DNA of 61,898 bases, counting the filler, from Chiloscyllium plagiosum (taxonomy: Eukaryota), in assembly GCF_004010195.1 (NCBI RefSeq). It is 3 parts of one record of this genome, joined end to end, with 100 filler letters (N's around TTAATTAATTAA, not from the genome) between each part and the next. Parts side by side here need not be neighbours in the genome. Positions count along the whole stretch, not along the records: positions 38,408 to 61,898 come from NC_057716.1; 2 more parts are not named here. One strand, 5' to 3'. A program made the position numbers and the translations under genes. This document shows positions 48,725 to 61,444 of the stretch, in pieces. The notes under the pieces were generated by a model. The model made no database searches and had not been told where the DNA came from. It saw only the letters and a list, made by a program, of their open reading frames with translations. Position 1 is the first letter of the stretch. Every line of letters starts with the position of its first letter.

Positions 48725-49165
48725 CTACAGCCTGCCTTGACTGTTTGACTTACTCCTTTTCTCAACTACATCAGTCTCAGACTGATCTGTTTTCGCACTA
48801 TTTCTCTGGGTCCTAACATACACATGCTGGCAAGCAAGCACACAGCACTCCCAAGCAGCTCTGGCAAATCTCCCTGCAAGCATTCTAATCCCCTTCCAAT
48901 GCAGGTGCAACCTACCCTCCTTATCCAGGTCACCTGTACCCCAGAAGAGATTCGAATGATCCAAAAACATTTGTCTTTGTCTTTTGCACCAGCTCCTCGT
49001 CCAGGCATTCATCTGCTCTAACCTCCCATTCCTGCTCTCAATAGCACGTAACACCAAGTGTAATCCAGATATGATTACCCTCAATGACCTTTTTTACTTC
49101 CTGCCTAATTTCCTATGTCCTTTTCTTTTCCTATGTCATTTGTTCCAATGTGTACAATGACCTCC
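48725..49165 (-). mobile_element. CR1 ORF1 (SGNH esterase) fragment
   Basis: RVIISGL..QMNAWTRSWC..FLDHSNLFWG..GRLHLHWKG..LAGRFARA. Confidence 0.82.
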
Positions 49166-51475
49166 TGCAGAGAAAACAGTGGAGCAGCAATGGCAAGAGT
49201 TTCTGGGGGTAATTTGAGAGGCACAGTAGAAATCTATTCCAAGGAAGAAGAAACATACTAAAGGGAGGTGAAAGCAGCCATAGTTGATAAAGGAAGCTAG
49301 GGACAATATAAAAGGAAATAAAAAGGCTTACAATGTGGGGAAGTCATGATTTGGAGATACTAGTGTTGGACTGGGGTATACAAAGTTAAAAATCACACAG
49401 CACCAGGTTATAGTCCAACGGATTTAATTGGAAGAACTAGCTTTCGGAGCACTGCTCCTTCACCACCTGATGAAGGAGCAGTGCTCTGAAAGCTTGTGCT
49501 TCCAATTAAACCTGTTGGACTATAACCTGGTGTTGTGTGATTTTTAACAATATGGGGAAATTAGTGGGAAGCTAGAGGATTGGGAAGCCTTGAAAATCCA
49601 GCAATGGATAACTTAAAAAGCAATAAGGGGGAAGAGGATGAAATATGATGGTAAGCTAGCTAGTAATATAAAAGAATTTAGGAAAACTTTTGTTTACGTA
49701 TATCAAAGGTAAGCAAGAGGCAAGAGTGAAGATTGGACATCTGGAAAATGAACCTAGAGAGGTAGTAATGGGGAACAAAGGAATGGTGAAGGAATTGAGT
49801 AGGTAATTTGCATCAGTCTTCACAGCAGAAGACACCAGTAAGATACAAGAACTTCAAGAGAATCAGGAGCAGAGGAAAATGTAGTGGCCATCACAAATAA
49901 GAAGATGCTGGGAAAGTTGAAAGGCCTGAGGTGGATATGTCACCCGGATTGGATGGGCTACTTCCCAGAATTCTGTAAAAGATATCTGATGAGTTTGTAG
50001 AGGCATTGATGATGATCTTTCAGGAATTACTGGAGTCAAGGAGGGTCCCAGAGGACAGGAAAATAGCTAATGTAGTACCCTGTGTAAGAAAGGAGGGAGG
50101 CAGAAGATGGAAAATTATAGGCCGGTTAGCCTGACCTCAGTCACTGGTGAGATTTTAGAGTCCATTACTAAGGATGAGATGGCAGAATATTTGGAAGTGC
50201 AAAATAGGGCTGAGTCAGCATGGCTTCGTCAAGCGCAGGTCATGCCTGACAAATCTGTTAACATTCTTTGTGGAGGTAGAAGTCCGCCAAATAAGATAAT
50301 AGCCAATGGTGTTAGTGGCAAGGTAATGGCATGGATAGAAGATTGGCCAACTGGCAGAAGACAGAGAGAAGGGATAAAGGGGTCATCTTCAGGATGGCAG
50401 CTAGTGACTGTGGAGTCCTGCAGGGGTCACTGTTCGGACCACAATTATCCACGTTATGCATGAATGGTCTGATTGAAGAAATTGAGGGCATTGTTGCTAA
50501 GTTTGCAGATGACACAAAGATAGGTGGTTGGACAGGTAGTGTTGAAGAAGCAGGGAAGCAGCAGAAGCACAGGCCAGGAGAATGGGGAAAGAAATAGCAG
50601 ATGGAATACAATGTGTGAAAGTGTGTGGTTATGCACTTTGGTAGAAGCCATAGACTATTTTCTTAATGGGGAAAGGCTTAGAAAGCACAAAGGGAGTCCT
50701 GGTTCAGGATTCTCTTAACGTTAACATGTAGATTCAATTGGCAGTTAGGAAGGCGAATGCAATGTTAGTATTCATTTTGAGAAGGCTAGAATACAAGAGC
50801 AGGGATGTCCTGCTGACATTGCATTAGGCTCTGCTCAGACCACATTTGGAATTTTGTGAGCAGTTTTAAGCCATATCTAAGGAAGGATGTGCTGGCTTTA
50901 CAAGGGGTCCGGAAGAGGTTCACAAGAATGTTCCCGGGGATGATGACCTTGTTATATGAGGAGCAGTTATAGAGGAATAGAGCTGTACAGATCACTCTGA
51001 CCAGATATGCTAAACTAATCCAGTTCCATTTCCCAGCATTTGGTTCATTTCCCTCTAAACCTTTCCTATTTCATTTATCCATCCATTTTAAAAAATGTTG
51101 TAGTTGTACCAGCCTCCACCACTTCCTCTGGCAGCTTATTCCATACATGCACCACCCTTTGCATGAAAAAGGTACCCTTGAGGTAGCTTTTAAATCGTAA
51201 GGGCAATTGAGGACTCTAGGTTAGTACTTGATGGAGTTTAGAAGGATGTGGTAGGGATTTCTTTGAAATTGACGGAATACTGAGAGGCCTGAATAAAATG
51301 TTTTCACTAGTAAGAGAGACTTGGACCAGAGGGTACTGGATTGGAGTGAAGGGATGACACTTTCGAACTGAGATGAAGAATTTCATCAAGGGGATGAATG
51401 TGTGGAACTCATTGCCACAGTAGGCTGCAGAGGCCAACTCGTTGAGTGTCTTTAGGACAGAGGTAAAGAGATTTT
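49165..51475 (+). mobile_element. CR1 LINE ORF2 3' half, degenerate, with nested inserts
   Basis: ENYRPVSLTSV, GVLQGSLFGPQL, AKFADDTKIGG. Confidence 0.88.
49345..49547. mobile_element. Penelope-derived inverted-repeat insert with hammerhead motif (49464-49498)
   Basis: cacCTGATGAaggagcagtgctctGAAAgcTTgtg; TSD acaat(g/a)tggggaa (49330-49342, 49547-49559). Confidence 0.88.
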
Positions 51476-51477
51476 AA

Positions 51478-52560
51478 GGCCATAAGACATAGAAGCAGAA
51501 ACTAGGCCATCCCAGCAACTGAGTCTGCTCCACCATTCAGTCACAGCTGATAAGTTTCTCAACCCCATTCTCCCGCTTTCTTCCCATAACCTTTGATCCC
51601 CTTGATACTCAAGAGCCTATCTACCTCAGTCTTAAATACACTCAATAATCTGGCCTCCTCAGCTTTCTGAGGCAATGAATTCCATAGACTCACCACTTTC
51701 TGGCTGAAGAAGTTTCTCCTTATTTTTGTTCTAAAAGGTCTAAGGTTATACCTTCAGGTCCTAGTCTCTCCTACCAATGAAAATATCTTCCCAACATCTA
51801 CTCCGTCCAGGCCATTCAGTATTCTGTATATTTCAATGAGATTCCTTCCCATCCTTCTAAACTCCATCGAGTACAAACTCAGAGTCCTCAAACGTTCCTC
51901 ATAGGTTAAGCTTTTCATTCTCATGAACCTCCTTCAAACACGATCCAGTGCCAATATATCCTACTGGATATATGGGACCCAAAACTGCGGACAGTACTCC
52001 AAATGTGGTTTAACCAGAGCCTTATAGAGCCTCAGAAGTATGTCCCTGCTTATATATTCAAGTATTCTCAAAATAATTGCCATCATTGTATTTGCGTTCC
52101 TAACTATTAACTCAACCTGCAGGTTTGCCTTGAGAGAACCCTGGACTAGAACTCCCAAGTCTCTTTGCACTTCAGACTTCTGAATTTTCTCCCCGTTTAG
52201 AAAATAGTCCATGTGTCAATTCTTCTTACCAAAGTACGTGACCTCACACTTTCCCACATTGTATTCCATCTGCCACTTATTTGCCCACTCTCCTAACCTG
52301 TCCAAATCCTCTGCAGCCTCCCCACCTCCTCAATGCTACCTGTCCTTCTCCCTATCTGTATCATTTGCAAACTCAGCTAGAATGCCCTCAGTTCATTCAT
52401 CAAGATCGCTAATGTATAAAGTGAAAAGTTGTGATACCAACACTGAGTCTTGTGGAACACCACTTATTGCCAGCTGCCATCCTGAGAAGGATCCTTTTAT
52501 CCCCACTCTTTCCTTTCTGCCAAACAGCCAAGTTTCATATCCATGCTGTCACCTTGCCTC
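51478..52560 (-). mobile_element. CR1 3' fragment
   Basis: QRDLGVLV, LYKALVKPHLEYCPQFW; cataagacatag tail. Confidence 0.9.
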
Positions 52561-52569
52561 TGATAAGTA

Positions 52570-52934
52570 AGAAGTTAAAAATCACAAACACCAGGTTATA
52601 ATCCAACAGGTTTAATTGGAAGCACACTAGCTTTCGGAGCGACGCTCCTTCAAAAGGTTTTGTGATTTACACATGAAAGAAGTGAAACTATCACTGTATT
52701 CTAACAGATGAAAGGCTTAACAGACAATCAATTTTTCAATGTATAATTTCAGTTACTTCACACTGTAAATTTTTGCTACAAATTCTGTGTTACGATCGAG
52801 CCCTCCACTATCACCTGATGAAGGAGCGTCGCTCCAAAAGCTAGTGTGCTTCCAATTAAACCTGTTGGACTATAACCTGGTGTTGTGTGATTTTTAACTT
52901 TGTGCACCCCAGTCCAACACCGGCATCTCCAAAT
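52570..52934 (+). mobile_element. Penelope 3' end with inverted arm and mutated hammerhead
   Basis: cacCTGATGAaggagcgtcgctccAAAAgcTAgtg at 52812-52846; TSD tctgataa(g/c)taag (52559-52571, 52935-52947). Confidence 0.88.
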
Positions 52935-53544
52935 TCTGATAACTAAGGGCATCAAGAGTTGTGGGGAAAAGGCAGGAGAATGGGTTTGAGAAATATCGAA
53001 TGGCAGAGCAAACTCAATGGGCTAAATTGGCTAATTCTGCTCCTGCAGCTTTTGGTCTTATACATGCACTTTGATTATGATTTTTTCCTAACAAAATTTG
53101 CTGATCCATATTCCCTTTCCTTGGTGGCTGTCGTTGAATTATCATCAAAACCTTCTGATTTCTGCTTTGACAGTTTTTGTGTTGTGTTGTGTTATAGAGC
53201 TGGAAATATGTATCCTTTGTGAATAACAATGAGTACTAAGATTTTAAATAAAGATGGACCTCTCTAGGGGTGTACATAGGTCTGTAATATGACAGTTCAA
53301 GCAGATAACCTAGCAGCATCCAAAACCAGAAACTACCTTCAAAAGCACCAACAGCTCAAAAATGCATGTACAACAGAACAGCAGCTCAAAAGTGAAGTCA
53401 ATGGCCAAAATCACCGTTAGAAGGTGACTGACTTTTGCTGCTTTTGATTTGAAATCTTTGCCACTGTATGGTGATCACTTTTCAGTAATTAAATGTTCTT
53501 TCTATCAAAAGTAAGTCTTCATTCTTCACACTGTAGCATTTAAA

Positions 53545-54155
53545 AAGTTGGTGACATCTTGCAAAATGTCCAGATTACAGAGGAGAAAGTGCTGGATGTC
53601 TTGAACCGGATAATGGTGGATAAATCCCCAGGACCTGATCAGGTGTACCTGAGAACTCTGTGGGAAGCTAGGGAATGATTGCTGGGCCTCTTGCTGAGAT
53701 ATGTGTATCATCGATAGTCACAGCTGAGGTGCCGGAAGACTGGAGCTTGGCAACCGTGGTGCCACTGTTTAAGAAGGGCGGTAAAGACAAGCCAGGGAAC
53801 TATAGACCGGTGAGCCTGACCTCGGTGGTGGGCAAGTTGTTGGAGGGAATCCTGAGGGACAGGATGTACGTGTATTTGGAAAGGCAAGGACTGATTCGAG
53901 ATAGTCAACATGGCTTTGTGCATGGGANNNNNNNNNNNNNNNNNNNNNNNNTTTTCAGACTGGAGGCCTGTGACCAGTGGAGTGCCACAAGGATCGGTGC
54001 TGGGTCCTCGACTTTTTGTCATTTACATAAATGATTTGGATGCGAGCATAAGAGGTACAGTTAGTAAGTTTACAGATGACACCAAAATTGGAGGTGTAGT
54101 GGACAGCGAAGTGGGTTACCTCAGATTACAATGGGATCATGATCAGATGGGCCTT
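53545..54155 (+). mobile_element. HER1-type CR1 internal RT fragment (with gap)
   Basis: [41 protein letters not shown]. Confidence 0.92.
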
Positions 54156-54769
54156 TAATATCTGTTTCTTAATGTATTTAACACATTGATTGTTGGTCTC
54201 ATTTTGTTTTGATTTAGGCACTTTTGTTGGCAAATGTTCAAGTTCAACATTTGCCTTTTACTCAAGCCCAAACTACATGTTGTTTCAACTAGATATATCT
54301 CTTGATGATGAGGAAAAAATGAAAGAAAATGTAAAATAAAATGTTTGAGGTGCTTTTTAATTCAGAGAAAGAACAGCTCCTTCTTGCCAGAGGTCTGATG
54401 GCTCCTGAACCAAACATTCACATCTATAAGCCAACCTGAGAGCCAATCACATTGTTGTTGGCAAGCAGAAGGCCTTTGTTAATGGAACTGGTCTCCATTA
54501 TCCAATGCAATCAGTTACCTGTTGCTGGCTGAATCTCCATTTGTACAAACCCCTGGGCTGCAGCTTGTCTGCATCTGGACCACCCCATGCCCTCTCCACT
54601 GCTTGAACATAACTCACAATGATGTCAGGTAACCTTCTTTTTAAAAGTATACTAATCCTTTTGACAATCTCTTGGTTTTTAAAATAGTTTGTTTCAGATT
54701 TCAGTCCACAAGCAAAAAATACAGAAAATTGTAAAGGTATGATCTTTACAGGTTTCATAAATTTTGTAC

Positions 54770-56400
54770 AAACATAGTAAAGGTATGCTGAACCTTTAGA
54801 AAGGTCTGGTTCGGTCCCAACAGTTGGTATAGCATCCAGTTATGGTCTCACACTTAGGAAGAATGTGAGTATCCTTCAGAGGGTACTGAAGAAATGTTTC
54901 AGAAGTGAGAGATTTTAGTTACAATATTAGATTGAAAAAGATGGGTGTATTCTCCTTGAGGCACAGAAGATTAAGGGGAGATTTGATACAATGTTCAAGA
55001 TTATAACAGACTTAAATAAGTTAGGTAAGGAGAGGCTATTCCCATTAGGTGGAAGAACAAAAACTGGGGACACAGCTTTAAGATTTTTGGTCAAGAAAGG
55101 CTGAATTAATGCGAGTAAGAAATGTTTGGCACTGAGTATGAATGACCTGCAACTCACTGCCCACAAGAAGTGAAATTGGAAACAATCAATGACTTCAAAA
55201 GGAAATTAGATGAATATTCAAAGGAACTAAACTTTCAGAACTGATATGAGATTGACTTGTCTCCTCTAGGTAAAGCAAGCTTATACTTGATGGGCCAAAT
55301 TGCCTCCTTCTAAGCCATAAAGGTTTTTATGCTATTCTCTTCTCCAAGCATTTCCTTTGTGATACCTTGTCAAAGGATTTCTGAAAATCTGTGGCCACCA
55401 GATGTACGGGACTTCATTCCTCCACCATATCAAAACTGATGTCAGACATAATGAACAATACAAACCTATGAAATTATTGGACAAGAAACAACCAGATGGA
55501 CGATCCAACATATTCCAGATAGTTGTTATCCTTATTCATCTGGCCAAAAGCCTGCTTAATTTGGAGTAGTTTGTGGTCTTTTGAGAGATGTGAAAAATCT
55601 CGCAAATTCCTTTCCAAGCACTATTGGTAATCAAAATATGTTCAGGCAATCTTTTGGAAAGCTATGTAGGCTCCTTCTAATTATTTTCTCTTCATGCAGA
55701 TATTTAGTAGTTTCATATTTAACTAAAGCTACCCAAATCTTCCTTACCCAAATCTACCACTGTTAAGGTGTTAAGTAAATGACGAATTGGCTTTTATTTC
55801 CCTTTTGGAATAGATATTACATCAGTCATTCTCTGCCTGCAAGCATCAATGTACAAAAGAACTCAAAAATAGAATTTTTATCCTCATTCTTTCTCTGCTT
55901 GTTTCCCTTAGAATCCTTGAATGTAGACTCCATTACTTTGCTAGTCTTTAGCTTAACTAACTTCTTCAAAGTTCTCTTGTTAGTTATTAAACCTTTCTTC
56001 CTATATTTAGCAAACTTAGGATTCACAACAACATTATACTTTTGCTTTATTTAACATAATTTGATCTAAAAATCTTTTTTTCTGATTTAGGCATTCAAAA
56101 ATAATGCTTGAGGAAAGAATCCTGCATAAATTTTAGGAATTACTTTCTTCCTTATCTGTTTACTCTTTCCCTGTCTCAGTCAATAATTGATCACTTCCAT
56201 AATATCTCCTGCTTCAACAGTTACCTCTCTCCATCATTCTGCAGCCTCAAAGCACATCTTTTTCAAATTGAGACTCTATTTACCAAACCATTTTTTAACT
56301 AATCTCCACAAATAGAAATATGGTCAAGAAACCACTGCCCAGATCTTAATCACTCTCATTATTAAACTGACTTCAAAATCTGCAATTGTTTTATTTGGAT
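54770..56400. mobile_element. Very old CR1 relics (plus strand about 54770-55335, minus strand about 55340-56400)
   Basis: Faint RT-end motifs (attaaggggagatttgata; tgataccttgtcaaaggatttctgaaaatc). Confidence 0.6.
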
Positions 56401-58099
56401 AGTATGAAATACAAATAAATAATAAATTAAATAAAGTTTGAATTTCCCACAGAATACAACATAATGATTGCAAGTTAACATTTGATTTATTTAGTTACAT
56501 ATAGTAACATTTCAGATATTATCATATTTATATTTCCGTTAAGGATCACATTGCTTGAAAACGGTAATATTGTTTTGTATCTATTTGTCAGCGTAACATA
56601 TTGATTTTAAAATCACCCATTAATAGTACATCGCCTGGATTCTGAATAATTGTCTGAGTACAAGCGTTCTGGCCATAAATGCTGAGGTTAGAAATTAATA
56701 AATCATATGCAATGCTGAAAATATACCCATTTCCGTTTTAATATCTTTAGGAAAATCTTAATTTCAAATAACATTTATTGACAGAGAGTAATTATTTCCA
56801 ATTATTTTGAAACTTATTACATGCTGTCTCTCAAAGTCTGACAACAGAATTGCAATAGTAAGATTAATTCCAAAATCAATAGATTATCATATCATTGGTT
56901 TAGATATGCAGCACAATTCATAGAACGTAAACATAATTATCAATAACTTAGGCACTTGAACAATAGCCAGCCAATTTCTATTTTAGGAGATCAATGAAAA
57001 TATCAAATAAAAAAAAGCTACAGAAAATATAATCTATGGCTGTATTTTAGATGTCGCGGCTGTCAGAGTAGATATTAAATTAAGCAATACAAGGTGGCTG
57101 TGGGTAAAAAGAAGGTGTTAATATCCCAGAGTTTATTACATTTGAGATGATAAAGGAGTAATGGATGAGGTGGCTGCAATATGAGGCTAAGTTAATTTAG
57201 AGAAACCTCATAATGTGTCATATAAAAAGTTAAAGAGGTTATCAGTTTTTTTCCCCGACTCCAATAGCAAGGTGTGATATTCTTAATGCTATTGGCAGGA
57301 TTAACTAAGAATGTCTTGTCAGTCTAATCAATGTGTTTATTTTAACAGAATTTATAATGTGTATAATTTTATAATTGAGTTGCCAGTTACTTCACGGAAA
57401 TTAGAACCATTTCCTGCAGACATAGGACTTTTATTTAATAAAATAAAGCCAGTATGTGGTGTGACATGGTGACAGGGAAAGAGAAACTAAAGAGAGCAGC
57501 AATATAAGTTATGTTGGCACAAATGTAGCCAATTTTATTTCAGCAATCCAATGCTTTTGTAGAAAAGTGTCAGTTTTTCATACATATCTTGCAAGTGTTC
57601 AAAAACATTTACTCCAATAAGCAACTGCATAAATAATAATGCGCCAACAATTATTAAAAGGGTAAGGGGAAATGTACTTGAAGTGTACAAGAATGGTTTT
57701 CAACAGAATAGATAGGGGAAACTGGATTCTCTGGCAGAAGAGTTGAAAAACAGAGACACAAACTTAAGAGAACTGGTTTAAAAAGTTGAAATTAGTGGAG
57801 GGGAATCAAAGGGTGAAGAATGGGGGATTTTTTATGTTATTATCTACATTGCAGATGGGGTTGGTGGAAGCAGATTCAAAATTAAGTTTTAAAGAAAATT
57901 GAGTGTATATTTGATAGGGAGGAATGTGCATATGTGACTAATTGAACCAGGAAAGCACAATAAACCAAATGGCCTCCTTTATTGCTGTATGATTACATGA
58001 AAAGGAATTTGAAATGTTATTTGCCTTCCAAATGCTTAAAGGTCTCAATTGAAAGTGCAGGAACTCGAATGACAAAGAATATTTTAGAAGAGAAATGTC

Positions 58100-59430
58100 T
58101 TAAATTTGTACAGAACATTAGTTTTGAGACATGGTTACAAACAGATCAAAGCTGGGAATGCAATGTTATGGGGTATGTGACTTTTTGAAAGGTCAGACAG
58201 GAAGGACAAAGTGGTGGATAGCAGTGTTGGTATATACAAAGCAAGGAATGATCTTCAATCAAAAGATACAGAATCCATATGGTTGGAGGTAAGAAATAAA
58301 ATGGGTAACGTCACAATTGTAGGAGCTGTCTACTGTATATGCCACCTGATAGTATTCCTGATGAAGGGCTTTTGCCCAAAACGTCGATTTTACTGCTCCT
58401 CGGATGCTGCCTGAACTGCTGTGCTCTTCCAGCACCACTAATCCAGAACCTGATAGGAACTGTACAGTTGGATAGAGATTAAATCAAAAGATAATGAGAG
58501 CATGAAACAAAGGCAGTACATTATTTAGACAATTCAATACTGTTTCCTATAACAAGATGTTGTTGATCCAACCAAGGATCAGGCTATGTTTGGATCTGGT
58601 AATGTGTAATGAGGTAAATTTAATAAATTATCTCAGAATGCATAACAACCTGGGAAATGCTGACTGTAAGATAGTTGAATTTAGCATTTAATTAGAGAGG
58701 GAGGACCTTGGATCTGAAACAAATGTGCTAAACTTAAATAAGAGTGATTACAAAATAATGAGAGTAGTTGGCTGGACTGAAGTAGGAAAGGATTTTAGCA
58801 GCTATGATAGTGGAGAAACAATGTTTGACATTTTTGGAAAATAGTTTGTAGTTCCCAACAAAGACATGTTCCAGTGAGGAAGACACACTAGGATGGTGTG
58901 AGCCTATCATGGTTAAATTATGGAAGTTAAGGACAGGATCAAATAAAACAAAAATCTGGCAAAGGTTAGTGGTAATCCAGAAGTTTGTGAAAGTTTTAAA
59001 AGGACAAAAAAATGAAACAGTAGAAAATAAACTTGAAAATAATATCAATAAAGGCAGCAAGAGATTTAAATACATAAAAAGAATGAAGGAAGTCAAAACA
59101 AATGTCAGCCCCCTAGAGAATGAGGCTGGAGAAATAATAAGGGGAACCAGGAGTCAAATTAGTACTTTGCATCAGTCTTCATAATAGAAGACACTAATAC
59201 TGTTCCAAAATTATGAAATAATCAATGAGCAAAAGAAATAATGCAAGTGTATCACTGAAGAAAATGTGTTTGAGAAACTAATAGCTGAAGACCATTAAGT
59301 GCCTTAGACCTGATGGAATGTATGCTGAGATATTAAAGGAAGTAGCCAATGAAATAGTTGACGCACTGCTAGTAATCTTCTAAGAACCCTTAGATTCTGG
59401 AAAAGTTCCAATGTAACACCTTTATTTAAA
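58100..59430 (+). mobile_element. Old CR1 fragment (APE to early RT) with nested Penelope tail (58353-58448)
   Basis: ESIWLEVRNK..VGAVY; PLENEAGEII; insert CTGATGAagggcttttgcccAAAAcgTC with TSD acctgatag. Confidence 0.8.
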
Positions 59431-59439
59431 AAAAGAAGA

Positions 59440-61444
59440 GCTAACTAGAGTCCAGAAACAGTATATTCCAATTAGGGTGAAAGGAAAGGCTGGTAGGTGT
59501 GGAGAAAGCTGGATGATGAGAGAAATTGAGCATTTGGTTAAGGAAAGGAAGGAAGCATGTCAGGTATAGACAGGATGGATCGAGTGAATCCTTAGAAACA
59601 TAAAAAGGCAGTAGGAGTATACTTAAGAGGGAAATCAGGAGGGAAAAAAGGGGACATCAGATAGCTCTGGAAAATAGAGTGAAGAAGAATTCAAAGAGGT
59701 TTTACAAATGCATTAAGGACAAAAGGGTAACTGGGGCGAGAATAGGGCCCCTCAAAGATCAGCAAGGCGGCCTTTGTGTGGAGCCACAGGAGATGGGGGA
59801 GATAAATGAAAATTTTGCATGAGTATTTACTGTGGAAAAGGACATGGAAGATATAGAATGTAAGGAAATAGATGGTGACATCTTACAAAATGTCCAGATT
59901 ACAGAGGAGGAAATGCTGGATGTCTTGAAATGCAAAAAGGTGGATAAATCCCCAGGACCTGATCAGGTGTACCTGAGAACTCTGTGGGAAGCTAGGGAAG
60001 TGATTGCTGGGCCTCTTGCTGAGATATTTGTATCATCGATAGTCACAGGTGAGGTGCCAGAAGACTGGAAGTTGGCAAACGTGGTGCCAGTATTTAAAGA
60101 GAGTAGGAACAAGCCAGGGAACAATAGACTGGTGAGCCTGACACCTGTGGTGGGCACGATGTTGCAGGGAATCATGAGAGACAAGATGTCGATGTATTTG
60201 GAAAGGCAGGACAGATAAGGGATAGTCAGAATGGCTTTGTGCATGGGAAATCATGTCTCACAAACTTGATTGAGTTTTTTGCAGATGAAACAAAAAGGAT
60301 TGATGAGGGCAGAGCAGTAGATGTGATCTATATGGACTTCGGTAAGGCGTTCGACAAGGTTCCCCATGGGAGACTGTGTACCAAGGTTACATATCATGGA
60401 ATGCAAGGAGAACTAGCCATTTAGATACAGAACTGGTTCAAAGGTAGAAGACAGAGGGTGGTGGTGGAGGGTTTTTTTTCAGACTGGAAGCCTGTGACCA
60501 GTGGAGTGCCACAAGGATCGGTGCTGGGTCGTCTACTTTTTGTTATTTATATAAATGATTTGGATATGAACATAAGAGGTACAGTTAGTAAGTTTGCAGA
60601 TGACACCAAAATTGGAGGTGTAGTGGACAGCAAAGAAGGTTACCTCAGATTACAATGGGATCATGATCAGATGGGCCAATGGGCTGAGAAGTGGCAGATG
60701 TAGTTTAATTTAGATAAATGCGAGGTGCTGCATTTTGAGAAAGCAAATCTTAGCAGAACTCATACACTTAATGGTAAGGTCCTAGGGAGTGTTGCTGAAC
60801 AAAGAGACCTTGGAGTGCAGGTTCATAGCTCCTTGAAAGTAGTGTCACAGGTAGATAGGATATTGAGGAAGGCGTTTGGTATGCTTTCCTTTATTGGTCA
60901 GAGTATTGAGTACAGGAGTTGGGAGGTATTGTGGCTGTACAGGACATTGGTTATGCCACTGTTGGAATATTGTGTACAATTCTGGTCTCCTTCCTATCAG
61001 AAGGATGCTGTGAAACCTGAAAGGGTTCAGAAAAGATCTACAAGGATGTTGCCAAGGTTGAGGGATTTGAGCTATTGGGAGAGGTTGAACAGGCTGGGAC
61101 TGTTTTCCCTGGAGAATCGGAGGCTGAAGGGTGACCTTCTTAGAGGTTTATAAAATCACGAGGGGCATGAATCGTGTAAATAGACAAGATCTTTTCCCTG
61201 AGGTGGGGGAGTCAGAACTAGAGGGCATAGGTTTAGGGTGAGAGGGGAAAGATATGAAAGAGACATAAGGGGCAACGTTTTCATGCAGAGGGTGATGGTG
61301 TGTGGGGAATGGGCTGCCAGAGGAAGTGGTGGAGACTAGTACAATCGCAACATTTAAGAGGCATCTGGATGGAAATATATAGGAAGGATTTGGCGGGATA
61401 TGGGCTGGGTGCTGGCAGATGGGACTAGATTAGGTTGGGATATC
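59440..61444 (+). mobile_element. HER1-type CR1 LINE, 3' half
   Basis: [62 protein letters not shown]. Confidence 0.95.

Larger units (their letters stand above)
46360..48725 (-). mobile_element. Old CR1 fragment with nested Penelope and SINE inserts
   Basis: CR1 3' UTR at 46360-46460; RT motifs (gtcttctgcaaac, tcaaaagccttct, caagcatgatttccc). Confidence 0.8.
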
